A stretch of 64,000 nucleotides of DNA from Squalus acanthias (Eukaryota): contig CM059437.1 of assembly GCA_030390025.1 (NCBI GenBank), positions 53,072,001-53,136,000 on the forward strand. The letters run 5' to 3'. The notes beneath the pieces were generated by a model. It was not told where the DNA came from. It saw only the letters and a program-made list of their open reading frames with translations, and did no database searches. Below, piece by piece: positions 1 to 13,598 of the stretch. Each line of letters begins with the position of its first letter. Within the stretch, counting starts at the first letter, position 1. A program made the translations under genes and the position numbers.

Positions 1-408
1 TGCTCCACTTGACCCACCTCATGCCCAAGAACCAGTTCCAGCAATGCCTCATTCCGCATTGGGCGGGAAACGTACTGACCAAGAAAGTGCTCCTGAACGC
101 ACTTCAGAAATTCGTCCCCTTCTCTGCCCTTTACACTATTACTATCCCAGTCTATATTAGGATAGTTGAAATCTCCCATTATCTCCCTCTATAGTTCTTA
201 CACCGCTCTGATATTTACCAGCAAATTTGCTCCTCTATTTCCTTCCCACTAGTTGGTGGCCTATAGAATACACCTAGTAGTGTAATGCCACCTCTATTGT
301 TTCTTAACTCTAACCAAATAGATTCAGGCCTTGACCCCTCCAGGATATCCGCTCTCTACAGCACTGTAATAATCTCCTTTATCAATACTGCCACCCCACA
401 TCCTTTCT
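1..408 (-). mobile_element. CR1 LINE fragment (APE endonuclease region)
   Basis: Paralog of 59383-59790, whose minus strand encodes CR1 endonuclease motifs (ESIWLELRN, IMGDFNYPNIDW). Confidence 0.85.
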
Positions 409-409
409 T

Positions 410-945
410 TAATGCGGGAGGATAGCAGAGCAACGAGTAAAATATGCGAGTTCAGGGGTAAGGCAGGGCGGAAACTAAGGGGATGTTTGACCCGGTGGGC
501 TAGGGGAAGGCAGCGAAGCGGCAGAGGCATCTGAATGGATGGTCTCAATCTTAGTGACGAAGAAGTCCATGAGCTCCTCGTTCTTGTCGTTGAAGATGAG
601 GGTGGAGGAGGCAGAGGAGTGTGGTTTCAGAAGACACGTGGAGTGTAGGATGGGGCAATTTTTGTTGCTGCTCATAAGGAATCAGCGAAGAGTGCCTCGA
701 TGTGCTCTTCAGAGGGTGCCAAGAGAGGCACAGAGAATACCTATAGGCTTACCTAAAAGGCTGTCCAGGCTGGGATGTCGGCAGGAGAGTAGCAAGTTCG
801 TGGAGTCCTGAAGGGTTGGGTAGGTATTTGGGAGGACAGATTATCCGAGAAGGGAGGAATTAAGGAAGGCACGATGACAGGAGAAAGAGGCCTAAGAGGG
901 GTAAACAGAAAAGAAGAAAAAGGGGGAGAAAAAAGGGGGAATATA
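410..945 (-). mobile_element. Degenerate L2-like LINE fragment
   Basis: Minus ORF 475-675 (EELMDFFVTKIETI) resembles the L2 ORF2 linker. Paralog at about 59792-60330. Confidence 0.6.
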
Positions 946-969
946 AGTGATGGGCTCGGGACCGGCGCA

Positions 970-2395
970 GCAGCCCGTCCACAAAAGGCAGGACAAATCC
1001 ACTCCAGTTAATTATCAGCCCAGGAGTCTACTCTCAATCATCAGCAAAGTAGTGGAAGGTGTCGTTGACTGTGCTACAAAGCGACATTTACTCACCAAAG
1101 ACCTGCTCACCGATGCTCTGTATGGTTCCGCCAGCACCACCCTTCTCCCGACCTGAGTACAGCCTTCGTCCAAACATGGGCAAAAGAGCTGACTTTCAGA
1201 GGTGAGGTTCGAGTGACTGGCCTTACATCAAGGCAGCATTTGACCGAGTGTGGCATCAAGGAGTCCTAGTAAAGTTGAAGTCAATGGGAATCAGGGGGAA
1301 TGTTCTCCACTGGCTGGAGTCATATCTAGCACAAAGGAAGATGGTTGTGGTTGTTGAAGGCCAACTGCCCCAGGAAATCGCTGCAGGAGTTCCTCAGGGC
1401 AGTGCCCTAGGCCCAACCATCTTCAGCTGCTTCATCAATTACCTTCCTTCCATCATAACATCAGCCGTGGCGATGTTCGCGGATGATTGCACAGTGTTCA
1501 GGCACAGTGTTCAGTTCCATTCACAACTCCTCAGATAACGAAGCAGTTCATGCCCGCATTCAACAAGACCTGGACGGCATTCAGGCTTGGGCTGATAAGT
1601 GGCAAGTAACATTCGTGCCACACAAGTGCCAGGCAATGACTATCTCCAGCAAGAGAACGTCTAACCACCGCCCCTTGACATTCAACGGGATTACCATCGC
1701 CGAAACCCCCACCATCAATAACCTGGGATTCACCGTTGACCAGAAACATAACTGGACCAGTCAAATAAATACTGTAGCTACAAGAGCAGGTCAGAGGCTG
1801 GGAATTCTGCGACGAGTGTCTCACATCCTGCCTCACCAAAGTCTTTCCACCATCTACAAGGCACAAGTCAGGAGTGTGATGGAATACTCTCCACTTGCCT
1901 GGATGAGTGCAGCGCCAACAACACTCAAGCAGCTCGACACCATCCAGGACAAAGCAGCCCACTTGATTGGCACCCAATTCACCACCTTAAACATTCACTC
2001 CCTCCACCACCGCCACACCGTGTCTACTGTGTGTACCATCTACAAGATGCACTGCAGCAACTTGCCAAGGCTTCTTTGCCAGCACCTCCCAAACCCACGA
2101 CATCTACCACCTAGAAGGACAAGGGCAGAAGACGCATAGGAGCATCACGATCTCCACGTTCTCCTCCAAGTTACACACCATCCAGACGTGGAAGTATATC
2201 GCCGTTCCTTCATCGTCGCTGGGTCAAAATACTGGAACTCCCACCCTAACAGCACTGTGGGAGTACCTTGACCACATGGACTGCAGAGGTTCATGAAGGC
2301 GGCTCACCACCACCTTTTCAAGGGCAAGTAGCGATGGGGGCAATAAACGTTGGCCTTGCCAGCGACGCCCACATCGCAGAAACGAAAAAAAAATT
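970..2395 (+). mobile_element. CR1-group LINE, RT C-terminal half and 3' tail (same family as the tRNA-headed copies)
   Basis: ORFs 1248-1538 and 1483-2139 contain GVPQGS.LGP and FADD. The 3' tail is GCAATAAA...GCCAGCGACGCCCACATC followed by an A-run. Confidence 0.9.
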
Positions 2396-2519
2396 GAAGT
2401 CTAAAAGGACGCAGCATCAATTAGGCTGTTTATATCGTTTGTCCATATTTAATCCATAGAGTCAGAGTTGCTCTTTTTAAGAGGGGTCAGATAACAGAAT
2501 GTTGCGCTAAATATAATAA

Positions 2520-2912
2520 AAAAAGAAAGTTCTGACACTTCTTTAGCACCTTCCACAACCCCGGAAATGTTAAAGTGCTTCACAGGCATAAAGTACTTTA
2601 GAAATGTAATCACTAAAGTAGGGAAATGCTGCAGCCAAGTTGCACACAGTAAGGCCCCACTAACTGCAAGGAAATAAATAATCTCTTTTTCGTCCTGTTG
2701 GTTGATGGATAAAGATTCGCCAGGATACCAGAAAAATCACCCGACGCTTCTTCAAGAAGTGTCCCGTGAGAAGGCAGATGGGGCATTGGCTTGACCCCAT
2801 TAAAAGACTAAACCTCTGACAATACAGCACTCTCTTAGTACTGCACTGAGGCGTTTGAACACACAACCTCCCAGTTCAGAGGTCAGAATCCTACTACTGA
2901 ACCAAGGTTGAC
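2520..2912 (-). mobile_element. Deu-SINE (SacSINE1-like), degenerate
   Basis: The reverse complement aligns by eye with the SINE at 30267-30712 (head, body, and L2-type tail). Confidence 0.7.
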
Positions 2913-3439
2913 ACTATGGGGTAGATCTTGCCTTTGTGCAATAGTGTGAAAAGAGCAATAGCAAATCGGGAGCCAGTTTCAGGTCTCTCACGACTTTTAT
3001 TTCAATTGAAGTTAATTGAAATAAAAATCAGGAGAGATGCAAAACGGTCGGCCGACTCGCTGTTGCTCGAATTACCCTTGAGTCTTTATACGTTCCTCCT
3101 TCTATTAAGGCCCTAAAACAATGATTAGTGAGGTGGACACAGACAGTAAGGGCGTGAGTTAAGGTGATGCCGTATTATTAAGAGGATGAAAGACAGCTTG
3201 CTTTAAGTGTTACTCCAGCGACATGTCAGTGGTAGAATTTAGCGATGGGGACGCCAAATTACCTGGAATTTTAGGAAGATCGGAATAAATGTCAGAAAGT
3301 AAATGATCTCCACAAAGTCATTAATGTTTCAGCGAGAGATTATTCGTTTTTTTCGTGATTGCTTTTAATAACAGGCCGTTCCGTCATTTTATTGAGCCAT
3401 TTTATAGGAGCAAGACAAATGCCCTGTGACCACAGTGGG

Positions 3440-4412
3440 AGTGTGTGCTGGATTATTTAATTTCCTTACAGCCTCAATGGACTTCGTCTCCACAATGACG
3501 ATGCGGTGGTCACTGCTACAAAATGCTGTCATGTAGACATGCATCTGCGACAGGTAGATTGTTGAGGACGAGGTCAATTAGGTTTTTCCCTCATGTTGGT
3601 TCTCTCACCAGCTGTCGCAGGCCTAGACTGGCAGTTATGTCCTTCAGGACTCGGCCAGCTCGGTCAGTAGTGGTGCTACCAAGCCACTCTTGGTGATGGA
3701 CATTGAAGTCCCCCAGTAGTATATTCTGTGCCCTTGCTACTTTCAGTGCTTCTTCCAAGTGGTGTTCAACATGGAGGACTACTGATTCATCAGCGGACGG
3801 AGGGTGGTAGGTAGAAATCAGCAGGTTTACTTGCCCATGCTTGACCTGAAGCCATGAGACTTGATGGGGTCCGGAGTCAATCTTGAGGACTCCCAGGGTC
3901 ACTCCTTCCCGAATGTAAACCACTGTTGCTTGAATAGTCTCTTGGACAGCTCTCCCAATTTTGGCACCAGTCCCCAGATGTTGGTGAGGAGTACTTTGCA
4001 GGGTCGACTGGCCTGGGTGTGCCGTTGCCGTTTCAGTAGCCGGTGCCGAGGTCGATGTTGGGTGGTCCATCCGGTTTCATCTTATTATGTTTCGGGGCGG
4101 TTAGTTACAACTGAGTGACTTGCTAGGCCATTACAGAGGGCAGGTAAGAGTCAACCACATTGCTGTGGGTCTGGAGTCACATATAGGCCAGACCAGGTAA
4201 GGACGGCAAATTTCCTTCCCTAAAGGACATTAGTGAACCAGATGGATTTTTACGACAATCCAATAGATTCATGGTTACCATTACTGATACTAACTTTTTA
4301 TTCCATATTTATTTAATTAACTGAATTTAAATTCCCCAGCTGCCATCTCTGGATCATTAGTCCAGGCCTCTGGATTATTAACCCAGTGATATTACCACTA
4401 CGCTACCATTCC
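3440..4412 (-). mobile_element. 5' part of tRNA-headed LINE (head, 5'UTR, APE endonuclease)
   Basis: Head GGAATGGTAGCGTAGTGG at 4412. ORF 3591-4070 contains LLGDFNVHH. An alternative frame gives the APE start LLTNIWGL. Confidence 0.8.
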
Positions 4413-4860
4413 TCTCTGTGAGAGAGCATAATAGATGGGATCACTGATGCCTTGAAAGCCCCCAATCTAATCTGTGTACGATTTTGTCGAAATCGGTGAA
4501 GACGCTCGCGGCAAGAATTGGTTGGATAGATGTATAAAGTTGGATTGGAAAGATTGCTTTGTGGTGGCTTTTATTGCAGCATTGTGGCCAAGAGGACGCT
4601 GTGATGGTCAGTAACAGAGGGAAGGTAAGGTGTGGCACGAACGTTGAGAAGTGAATTGGCGTTGTGGCAACTGGTACCACAGGCGGATGATTCCATCTCA
4701 GTTATCCCAGCCAGAAAGGGGCTGTCTGGGTTGCATCCTTCCTTCTGCTTCCTCCTCTTCTGATTCCTCCTCTTATGCTTCCTCCTCTTCTGCTTCCTCC
4801 TCTTCTGCTTCCTCTTCTTCTGTTTCTTCCTCTTTTGTGTCTTCAACTTCCCTCTGTGAG
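4413..4860 (-). mobile_element. Ancient Harbinger-like gene remnants with a Glu-rich (TCCTCTTCTGCT-like) repeat
   Basis: The minus strand reads poly-E then GRMQPRQPLS, homologous to 22550-22795. Segment 4413-4510 is homologous to 14449-14545. Confidence 0.5.
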
Positions 4861-5922
4861 AGGATGCTATAAATCTGAAATGACATCATAAAATGCTGAA
4901 AATACTCAGCATGTCAGACAGCATCTTGACCTGAGACGTGAACTCTGTTTCTCTCTCCACGGATGTTGCAAGACCTACTGAGTATTTGCAGCATTTTCTG
5001 TCTTCTCAGAGGTATCCATTTACCACGCGAGGCCTTGCAAGCATCCAGCAGCATGGCCTACACACTGAAAAATCTTTTAACATCTATTGCAGCAAGCCAC
5101 TACTTCAGTAAAATAAAAAAAAACAGTCCAAAAGCTTAAATGCAAACATACCTGATAGATGGGTGTGTCCTTTTAAGAGGTGCTGACAGCACCTCTGCTA
5201 GTCTGCTTGCACGCTGCGTTTACCTGGTTTGTTTAGAACCCAGCGATGAACTCAGTGCTAGGATCGAAGTTCATTGTGGTGGCATTAAGTCGGCATTGCA
5301 CGCCGACTGATGTCACCACATCGGCATTTTTCTTTGCAGGGTGATAACTCTTAACGGCCGTACTACCGGGCCAACGAAAATGCAGGATGCCTTGGGACTC
5401 GTCATCAGCTAGTGGAAGAGTGGCTGCCGCTGCATCTCAACATTATGCTATGCTGACAGGTGTCGAAAACCACACGAATTTCATTGCTGCAGAGTCTAAA
5501 AAGGAAGTGTAAGTTAGAATATTTAATTCATTGCAAAATAATGTACAGAATGCAAAATAAAAAAGGGAAATAAAGATAGGATTTAGAGACAGAGAGATAA
5601 AAGAGACAGAAAGAAAAAGTATTGGCCTAGAATTTGCAGTGGGTAGTAAGAGTGAACGAACAGTATTTGCTTTTATTACCCATTTGAAACTGAATGCAAA
5701 TTCAGGATTTAGTGCCTGCGCATCCTAATGTGGAAATCCTGAAGTTGCAGACAGTTATTCATTGCTCCGACACTGGCTGCGCTGTGTTCTCCACCCACCC
5801 ACCCACCCCCCGCCCCCACCACCCACCCCATAGCCAACAATAAGGGAAATCAGTGAAACTGATGAAAACTTGGGGTTTTTAATGGTAATATTAATTCCAT
5901 TAATAATGGGAAACAGGGAAAT

Positions 5923-7029
5923 CATAGAATCATAGAAGATAGCAGCAGGAGTAGGCCATTCGGCCCCTCTAGCCTGCTCCGCCATTCAATGTGATCTTGG
6001 CTAATCATCCAAATTCAGTACCCTGTCCCTCCTTTCTCCCCATATCCCTTGATCCCTTTAGCCTTAAGAAATATATCCAACTCCTTCTTGAATCTATTTA
6101 ATGAATTGGCCTCTAATGCATTCTGTGGCAGAGAATTCCACAGGTTCATCACTCTCTGGGTGAAGAAATTCCTCCTCATTTCTGTCCTAAATGGCTTACC
6201 CCTTATCCTTAGACTGTGACCCCTGGTTCTGGACTCCCCGACCATCGGGAGCATCCTTCCTGCATCTACTTTGTCCTGTCCTGTCAGAATTTTATAAGTT
6301 TCAATGAGATCCCCTCTCATTCTTCTAAACTCCAGCGACTATAAGCCCAATCGACCCAATCTCTCTTCATACCTCATTCCTGCCATCCCAGGTATCAGCC
6401 TTGTGAATCTTCGCTGAACTCCTTCCATGGCAAGGACATCCTTCCTCAGATATGGCGACCAAAACTGCACACAGTACTCAAGGTGTGGTCTCACCAAGGC
6501 CCTGTACAACTGCAGCAAGACATCCTTGTTCCTGTACTCAAACCCTCTCGCTATGAAGGCCAACATACCATTTGCCTTCTTAATCGCCTGCTGCACCTGC
6601 ATGCTTACCTTCAGCGACTGGTGCACAAGGACACCCAGGTCTCGTTGCACTTCCCCTTCTCCCAATCTATTGCCATTCAGATAATAATCTGCTTTTCTGT
6701 TTTTGACAACAAAGTGGATAACCTCGCATTTATCCACGTTATACTGCATCTGCCACGCTTCTGCCCAATCACCCAACCTGTCCAAATCATCCTGGAGTTT
6801 CTCGGCATCCTCCTCGCAGCACACACGCCCACCCAGTTTTGTGTCGTCTGTAAACTTGGAGATATTACATCTAGTTCCCTTGTCTAGATCATTAATATAT
6901 ATTGTGAATAGCTGGGGTCCAAGCACCGATCCCTGCGGTACCCCACTAGTCACTGCCTGCCACTCGGAAAAAGACCCGTTTATTGCAACTCTTTGCTTTC
7001 TGTCTGCCAACCAGTTCTCTATCCAAGTC
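5923..7029 (-). mobile_element. Young 5'-truncated CR1 inserted antisense into an older CR1
   Basis: ORFs 6339-7031 and 6015-6320 encode the RT C-terminus, with a CTATGATT-type tail at 5923. Nearly identical to 19215-20325. The host CR1 reads through (GGGAAAT|GGCAG) with AAT duplicated. Confidence 0.9.
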
Positions 7030-9655
7030 AATGGCAGAAACTTTGAAAAAATATTTTGTATTGGTCTTCATGGTAGAAGACACTGAAAGCATCCCAATAA
7101 TAATTGATAATCAAGGGGCAATAGGGAGGGAGAAACTTAAAACAATGACTATCACTCGAGAAAAAGTACTAGGCAAACTAATGGAACTACAGGCTGACAA
7201 GTCCCCTGGACCTGATGGCCTACATCCTAGGGTCTTAAAAGAAGTGGCTGCAGAGAGAGTGGATGCGTTGGTTGTAATCTACCAAAATTCCCTGGATTCT
7301 AGAGAGGTCCCAGCAGATTGGAAAACCGTAAATGTAACGCCCCTATTCAAGAAAGGAGGGAGGCAAAAAGCAGGAAACTATAGGCCAGTTAGCCTAACAT
7401 CTGTCATTAGGAAAATGCTGGAATTCATTATTAACGAAGTAATAGCAGGACATTTAGAAAATCATAATACAATCAAGAAAAGTCAACACGGTTTATGAAA
7501 GGGAAATCGTGTTTGACAAATTTGCTAGAGTTCTTTGAGGATGTAACGAGTAGCGTGGATAAAGGGGAACCTGTAGATGTAATGTATCTGGATTTCCAGA
7601 AATCATTTGATAAGGTGTCACAAAAAAGGTTACTGCACAAGATAACAGCTCACGGGGTTGGGGTAATATATTAGCACGGATAAAGAATTAGCTAACTAAC
7701 AGAAAACAAAGAGTCGGGATAAATGGGTCATTTTCCGGTTTGCAAACTGTAACTAGTGGGGTGCCACAGGGATCAGTGCAGCAGCCTCAACTATTTACAA
7801 TCTATATTAATGACTTTGATGAAGGGACCATGTGTACTGTCACCAAATGTGCTGATATTACAAAGATAGGTGGGAAAGCAAGTTGTGAGCAGGACACAAA
7901 GGGGGGAATTTTGCCAGCGCTCAGTGGGCGGGTTTGGAGGTGGCAGTGCTGCCAAAATTACAAAGATTGAAAGCGGGTCCCGAATCCACTGTCAACCCGC
8001 CTCCATACAATCTTCCCAAGTGTCGGGTCCCCGGTTTGCACAGGGACCCGACACCTAGCGGCGGGAAGATGATTATAGGCAGTTTACTGCCTGTTAACAG
8101 GTAGTTAACAGGCAGTTAAGAGGCTTTTTTCAATTTTGCCAGGTCGACTGCGGGCTTCCCGACGTCCAAACACCACGCCAGGGTAAGTGTAGCGTGCTGT
8201 GGGTCTACTGTAAGGTTTGTGCATTGATTACAGAAGTGGTGTGTAGGATCTAATGGTACACTGGTGAGTTTCAGAGGTAAGAAATTGTTGGGGAAATCAT
8301 TTTTAATCTATTTAGACTTTTCTGTAGGTAATAAGGTTTGAAGTGTTTGTGTAGTCTCACCACATTGGGAGAACCTCTCTCACCAGTGACAGATCGCGTC
8401 TGTAAACTCACCTGCAGCTGCCATTTGTTTTATCCTAAGGAGAGAGTCTCTGGAGAGCCTGCGTGCAAGGGCTCGCCTTTGCACAGTGAGTGGCAGTGTT
8501 TGCAGCACCTCAATACCGTCAAACACTGAAAAGTCATGTCAAAAAAAATGAGCATGTCCCCTTTAAGAAAACCGGCAGATGACGCGTCATCCACTGATGT
8601 CATCTGACACCCGCTTTCTCTGAATTGGCCGGAAAACCCGCAGAGCGGGCTGAACAAGGCCAATTGACGTAGAATTACGTCAGTGCCTCGGGCGTCGTTG
8701 GGGGCGGTATCAGAACCCGCAAGTCAGCTGACCCGCTCCCAACTCGCACTGAAAGGTAAGATCGCGCCCAAAAATTCTGCAAAGGGATGTAGATAGATTA
8801 AGTGAGTGGGCAAAAATTTGGCAGATGGAGTATAATGTGGGAAAATGTGAGGTTATCCACTTTGGTAGGAAAAATAAAAAAGCAAATTATTATTTAAATG
8901 GAGAGAGACTACACAATGCTGCGGTACAGAGGGATCTGGGGGTCCTCGTACATGACACAAAAAACGTTAGCATGCAAGTACAGCAAGTAATTAGGAAGGC
9001 AAATGGAAAGTTGGCCTTTATTGCAAGGGGGATGGTATATAAAAGTATGGAAGTCTTGCTACAACGGTACAGGGCGCTGGTGAGACCACACCTGGAGTAC
9101 TGCGTGCAGATTTGGTCTCCTTATTTAAGGAGGGTTATACTTGCATTGGATACAGTTCAGAGAAGGTTCACTAGGCTAATTCATGAAATAAAGGGGTTGT
9201 CTTATGAAGAATGGTTGAGCAGGTTGGGCCTGTACTCATTGGAGTTTAGAAGAATGAGAGGTGATCTTCTTGAAACATATAAGTTTCTGAGGGGGCTTGA
9301 CAGGGTAGATGCAGGGAGGATGCTTCCCCTCGTGGGGGAATCTAGAACTAGTGGGCACAGTTTCAGGATAAAGGGTCGCCCATTTAAAACGGAAATGAGG
9401 AGGAATTTCTTCTCTCAGAGGGTCGTGAATCTTTGGAATTCTCTACCCCAGAGAGCTGTGGAGGCAGTGTCATTGAATATATTCAAGGCGGAGATAGACA
9501 TATATTTGAGCTATAGGGGAGTCAAGGGTTATGGGAAGCGGGCGGGAAAGTGGCGTTGAGGCCAAGATCAGATCAGCCTTGAATTTATAGAATGGTGGGG
9601 CAGGCTCGAGGGGCCGAATGGCCTACTCCTGCTCTTACTTCTTATGTTCTTTTGT
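7030..9655 (+). mobile_element. CR1 LINE ORF2 (RT) remnant with 3' tail, interrupted by a MITE
   Basis: ORFs 6983-7498 (KSPGPDG, NYRPVSLTS), 7740-7970 and 8825-9559. Tail TTCTTATGTTC. Confidence 0.9.
7901..8769. mobile_element. Non-autonomous DNA transposon (Harbinger-type MITE)
   Basis: Interrupts CR1 at GACACAAA|AAAAATTCTGC. Termini GGGGGGAATTTTG and AAGATCGCGCCC are imperfectly inverted. Confidence 0.65.
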
Positions 9656-10894
9656 AATATCGCTGTTAAATACCCCATTAAAAGATAGACCTTGTTGGAT
9701 TAGGTGTAACTGGGGTTTTAAAAGCATATTGACTTCTAAACATATGTTATGGCCCATAAAAACTTTTTTCTCTGTTATAATAAAAATTACAATTTTTAAG
9801 AAATTTTAAAAATGTTATATTTTTCAAAGTTTGCTTATATTTATTTCAGGTGTACCTTTTTCCCATGTGAGAGCCCCAATCTATGCTTTACTCAATGTAA
9901 CATTTTTAAATATTCAGGATAAAAGGAGCTTCTTCACTTCCTGGTTCCCTGTCTGTGAGAATTCTGCCTTGTGAGTGGCTGCTTAGAGAGCTTGTTGACA
10001 TCACAGCAGCTGGCCTTAGGAATTCCTCACTATACTGCACTGATCTCAATTGTAAGCTGAAAAAGCCAAAGTTCTCGCAACAAAGATTGCGTGATCTTTG
10101 TGAGCAGCTTTCTTCGGGTCCAATGCCGAATTACTTTGCTTCACCGCTGACCACAAATTATGGGACAGGTTTTTTTTTAATATGTAAGAAATCTCCAACA
10201 ATAATTAAAATCTGAAGGAATGAGATGTCACACTTGTAAAATTAAATTTTCAATGCTAGGGAGGTTGTTTAGCAGTATCACACCATTTAAAAAAACACTT
10301 ATAAATGAATGCCCCAGTCCTAACATTTTCTGGCGTGCTTAGTGGGAAAGTGCAGCAGCTTCACGCCCTCACATAGATTTCAATGCCGAGCCTATCGGCG
10401 AGGTACCGTTGTAGCAGAGCTTGAGGAGGAGCAGGGCATATTCGACAGCAACTGCCGGATTTCCACTTTTAATTGCGTTTTTGCGGACTCCAGAAGTTGC
10501 TGGCCAGTTTACTCCATAATAGCGGTGAGCGCTGTCAGCCTCACTGTTATTCGTAACACAAAATCCGGGCCATTGCGTATAAGCTGCACTTAAAGCATAG
10601 AATGTTACAAAGTTACTTGCAGCGGGACTGGACACACTCAGGTGATTGCAAGGCACATCGAGTTTGATCACCTTGTTAATGTTAATCAGGTTGTATCTCA
10701 ATGTCTTATGTACTATGTTATGACTGTTCCCTTTGTACCTTAACATATTTTTTTCTTGTATTGTAGCTTCATTTATAACTGTAATAAAACATATATATGT
10801 TGGACCAAAGCTTACTCTAGTCTTTGACTACCAAAGACCCAATCTAATATAAGTTTCTCACAAGTGGCAGCTGTAAGAGGCCAGATTTAGGATC

Positions 10895-12570
10895 ATAGCA
10901 GCATAGGAACAAAGTAGGCCATTCAGCCCCTCCAGCCTGTTCTGTCATTCGATGAGATTATGTCTGATCTGTAGCTTAACTCCATCCACCTGCGTTGGCT
11001 CATTGACCTGTTATGCCCTTGTCGAGCAAAAATCTATCGAACTCCGATTTAAAATTATTAATTGAGCTAGAACCTAATGTTTTTTGTTAGAGATAATTTT
11101 ACACTTCTGTCACCTTTGCGTGAAGAATTCTTTCCTAACTTCTCTCCTGAATGGCCTGGCTCTGTTTTTTAAGGCTATGTCCCCTTTTCCTAGACTCCCT
11201 CACAAGTGAAAAAACTTTTCTCTACCTACACTATCAATTCCTTTCAAAATCCTAAAAACCTCAATCAAATCACCCCTGAACCTTTTATTTTCCAGGGATT
11301 ATAAACCTAATGTATGCAATCTCTCCGCATAATCTAAACCTTGCAGCCCTGGTAACATTCTGGAGAACACGTGCTGCCATCCTTCCATGGCCAGAAGTTG
11401 CAGGACTACAGGGAAAGGGCGGGGGAGTGGGACTAGCTGAAGTGCTCTTGCAGACAGCAGGCACGGTCTCGTCACATGGCCTCCTTCTGTTCTGTAACCA
11501 TTCTATGATGCTATGATATCCGTCCTAAGGTGCGGTGCCTAAATCTGTCTACTACTTTAGATACTTCCTAAAATTTCTCTAAGTGCTGAATCTCTCTGTC
11601 CTTAATTATAGAGTCCAATAATTTCCCCACAACAGATGTTAGACTAACATGTCTTTAATTTCCCTACGTCTCCCTCATATTTCTTAAACAATGAAGAAAC
11701 ATTTGCAATTTTTCATTCTAAAGTGACAATTCTGGAATCGAGACAGGTTTGGAGATTATGGCTAAAGCATCTGCAATTTCCTCACATTCTTCCTTTGAAA
11801 TGTTTGGGTGGAAAATATCAGGACCTATAATTTGTCAGTCTTTTGTGCTCTTATTTTTTCTAATACTGTTTTCTTGCTTATGTTAACTTTAGTCAGCTCC
11901 AGTCCTTAATTCATTATTAATTTCCCTGTAATGCCAGCCATATTATTCTCTTCCAGTACGGTGAAGATAAGTCTGCCATTTCCTTATTTTCATTTGATAT
12001 ATTGTCCTCGTCTGTTTTAAAGAGCCCACAGTGCCCTTGCCTTGACTACCCTTATTTTCTAATATAATTGTAAAATCATTTTGTGTTAATCTTGATATCC
12101 CACGCAAGCTTCTTTTTGCATTCCATTTGTCAGCTGTTACTATCTTTTTTGTATTCATTTGCTGTTCCTTACATCTCTACCAGATCCCCTGAATTTCACT
12201 ATTTTTGCACTTTTCTATGCTCTTTCCTTCAGTTTTATGATATCTCTCACCTGTTTTGCGACCATGGCTGTTTTATTTGGTCAGTAGAGCTCTTTCCCCC
12301 TTGGGCAATATATTGGACCTGTATTAAGTTAAATTCATTGTGGAATGCTTCCCACTGTTCATCTGTAGATTGACACGATAACAGTTTTGTACAGTTTGCT
12401 GTCGTCAATCTCTGTCTCATCCCAAAAAGGTTAGCCCTCCCCAAATGTAAAATCTGAGTAATTGTGTTAAGTCTCCCCTTCTCTTATGATCACTGTTAGA
12501 TAAGTGTTTCCTTGCTGTTAGATTATTAACTAATTCTGGTTCATTACTCATTACTAAATCTAGTATGGCC
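10895..12570 (-). mobile_element. Old fragmented CR1
   Basis: CR1 3' tail at about 10895 and the endonuclease motif AILDLVMSNEPELV in ORF 12417-12617. Confidence 0.7.
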
Positions 12571-13034
12571 TGTTCTCTCAACGTTAACCTTTCATACCTG
12601 TATCTCCCACAAAGCAACTTCAGCTTCAGTGGACCTCAGAACAATGATAACTCTTATGTAGTGTTTCATGTGCAGATCAACATTCTCAAAATGCCATCAC
12701 TTAATATTTGTCTCTCCTCCAGGGCCACCACATAAATATCAAGAGCCCCTGATGGGAAAAGACAAAAACTTCTCAGAGGAACTGATACCGACTGAGGATG
12801 CACCGTCACGTGACACAAGTGTTGTCGGCACCAGCGCAGATAACAGTACCTTGGTTGGTCCTCACAGACAGGTAGATTATACTGCACTTGATTACTCTCA
12901 TAGCACAAGTGCGCAAGAGCAGAGAACAGTGGAACGGACACCTGGTGAGAATATGTGGCTGACGTCGCCGTCCTCTCGAAGGTCTACTGATCAGGACAGC
13001 GATGCAGAACCCTTCAGGCCAGCACTGAAAAGGA

Positions 13035-13464
13035 AAAATAACAACAGAAAACGCTGGAAAAACTCAGCAGGCCAGGCAGCATCCGTGGAGAGAGAAAGAG
13101 AGTTAACGTTTCAGGTCGAAGACCTTTCGTCAGAACTGGAAAAAAGCAGGAAATGAAATAGATTTTAAGCAAGTATAATGCTGGGAAAAGGGGGAGGGGA
13201 TGAAAGAACAAAAGACAAGGTCAGTGGTGGGATAGAAAGCAGGAGAGATTAAGAGACATAAAGAGATAATCAAGGCAAGAGGAGGTGGTAATGTGACAGG
13301 TAGAGGCTAGATGAAGTGTGAACTGGGCTGTCAGAATGAAGGATAGCTGTAAGCTTCTGGGAGGGAAACAAAAAGGCCAAACAAAAGGGTGGATGAAAAA
13401 ATAAAATTAAAAAAATATATATATGTGATAGGGGCCAAGGTTATGATCTGAAATTGTTGAACTC
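13035..13464 (-). mobile_element. Penelope-like terminal fragment carrying a hammerhead ribozyme
   Basis: Flanked by AAAAGGA direct repeats (13028-13034 and 13465-13471). Contains the hammerhead core. Confidence 0.7.
13101..13137 (-). ncRNA. Minimal type I hammerhead ribozyme
   Basis: Minus strand reads AGTT-CTGACGA-A-AGGTC(TTC)GACCT-GAAA-CG-TT-AACT. This gives the CUGANGA and GAAA boxes, a 5-bp stem II, a 4-bp stem I and a palindromic AACGTT stem III. Confidence 0.75.
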
Positions 13465-13598
13465 AAAAGGAGAATGCTGGAGGCACGGCAGCCTCTGTCT
13501 GAGGTATTGGAAGGCCTGCCAGGCACACTGTCCACTGTAGCAGAGAGGATGGAGCAGTCGAATTCGAACACATGTGGAGCGATGTCGCGGGACTTATC

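Noticed and set aside
1488-1514. Two tandem CACAGTG heptamers
   Set aside because: A small tandem duplication inside LINE RT sequence, absent from the paralog near 60875, with no nonamer.
4571-4872. Lys/Arg-rich and Ser-rich ORFs as host proteins
   Set aside because: They are alternative frames of a low-complexity Glu-codon repeat in a transposon remnant.
5624-10571. Single large element with matching ATT flanks
   Set aside because: An alternative right terminus near 10166 suggests nested old elements, so the ATT match may be coincidental.
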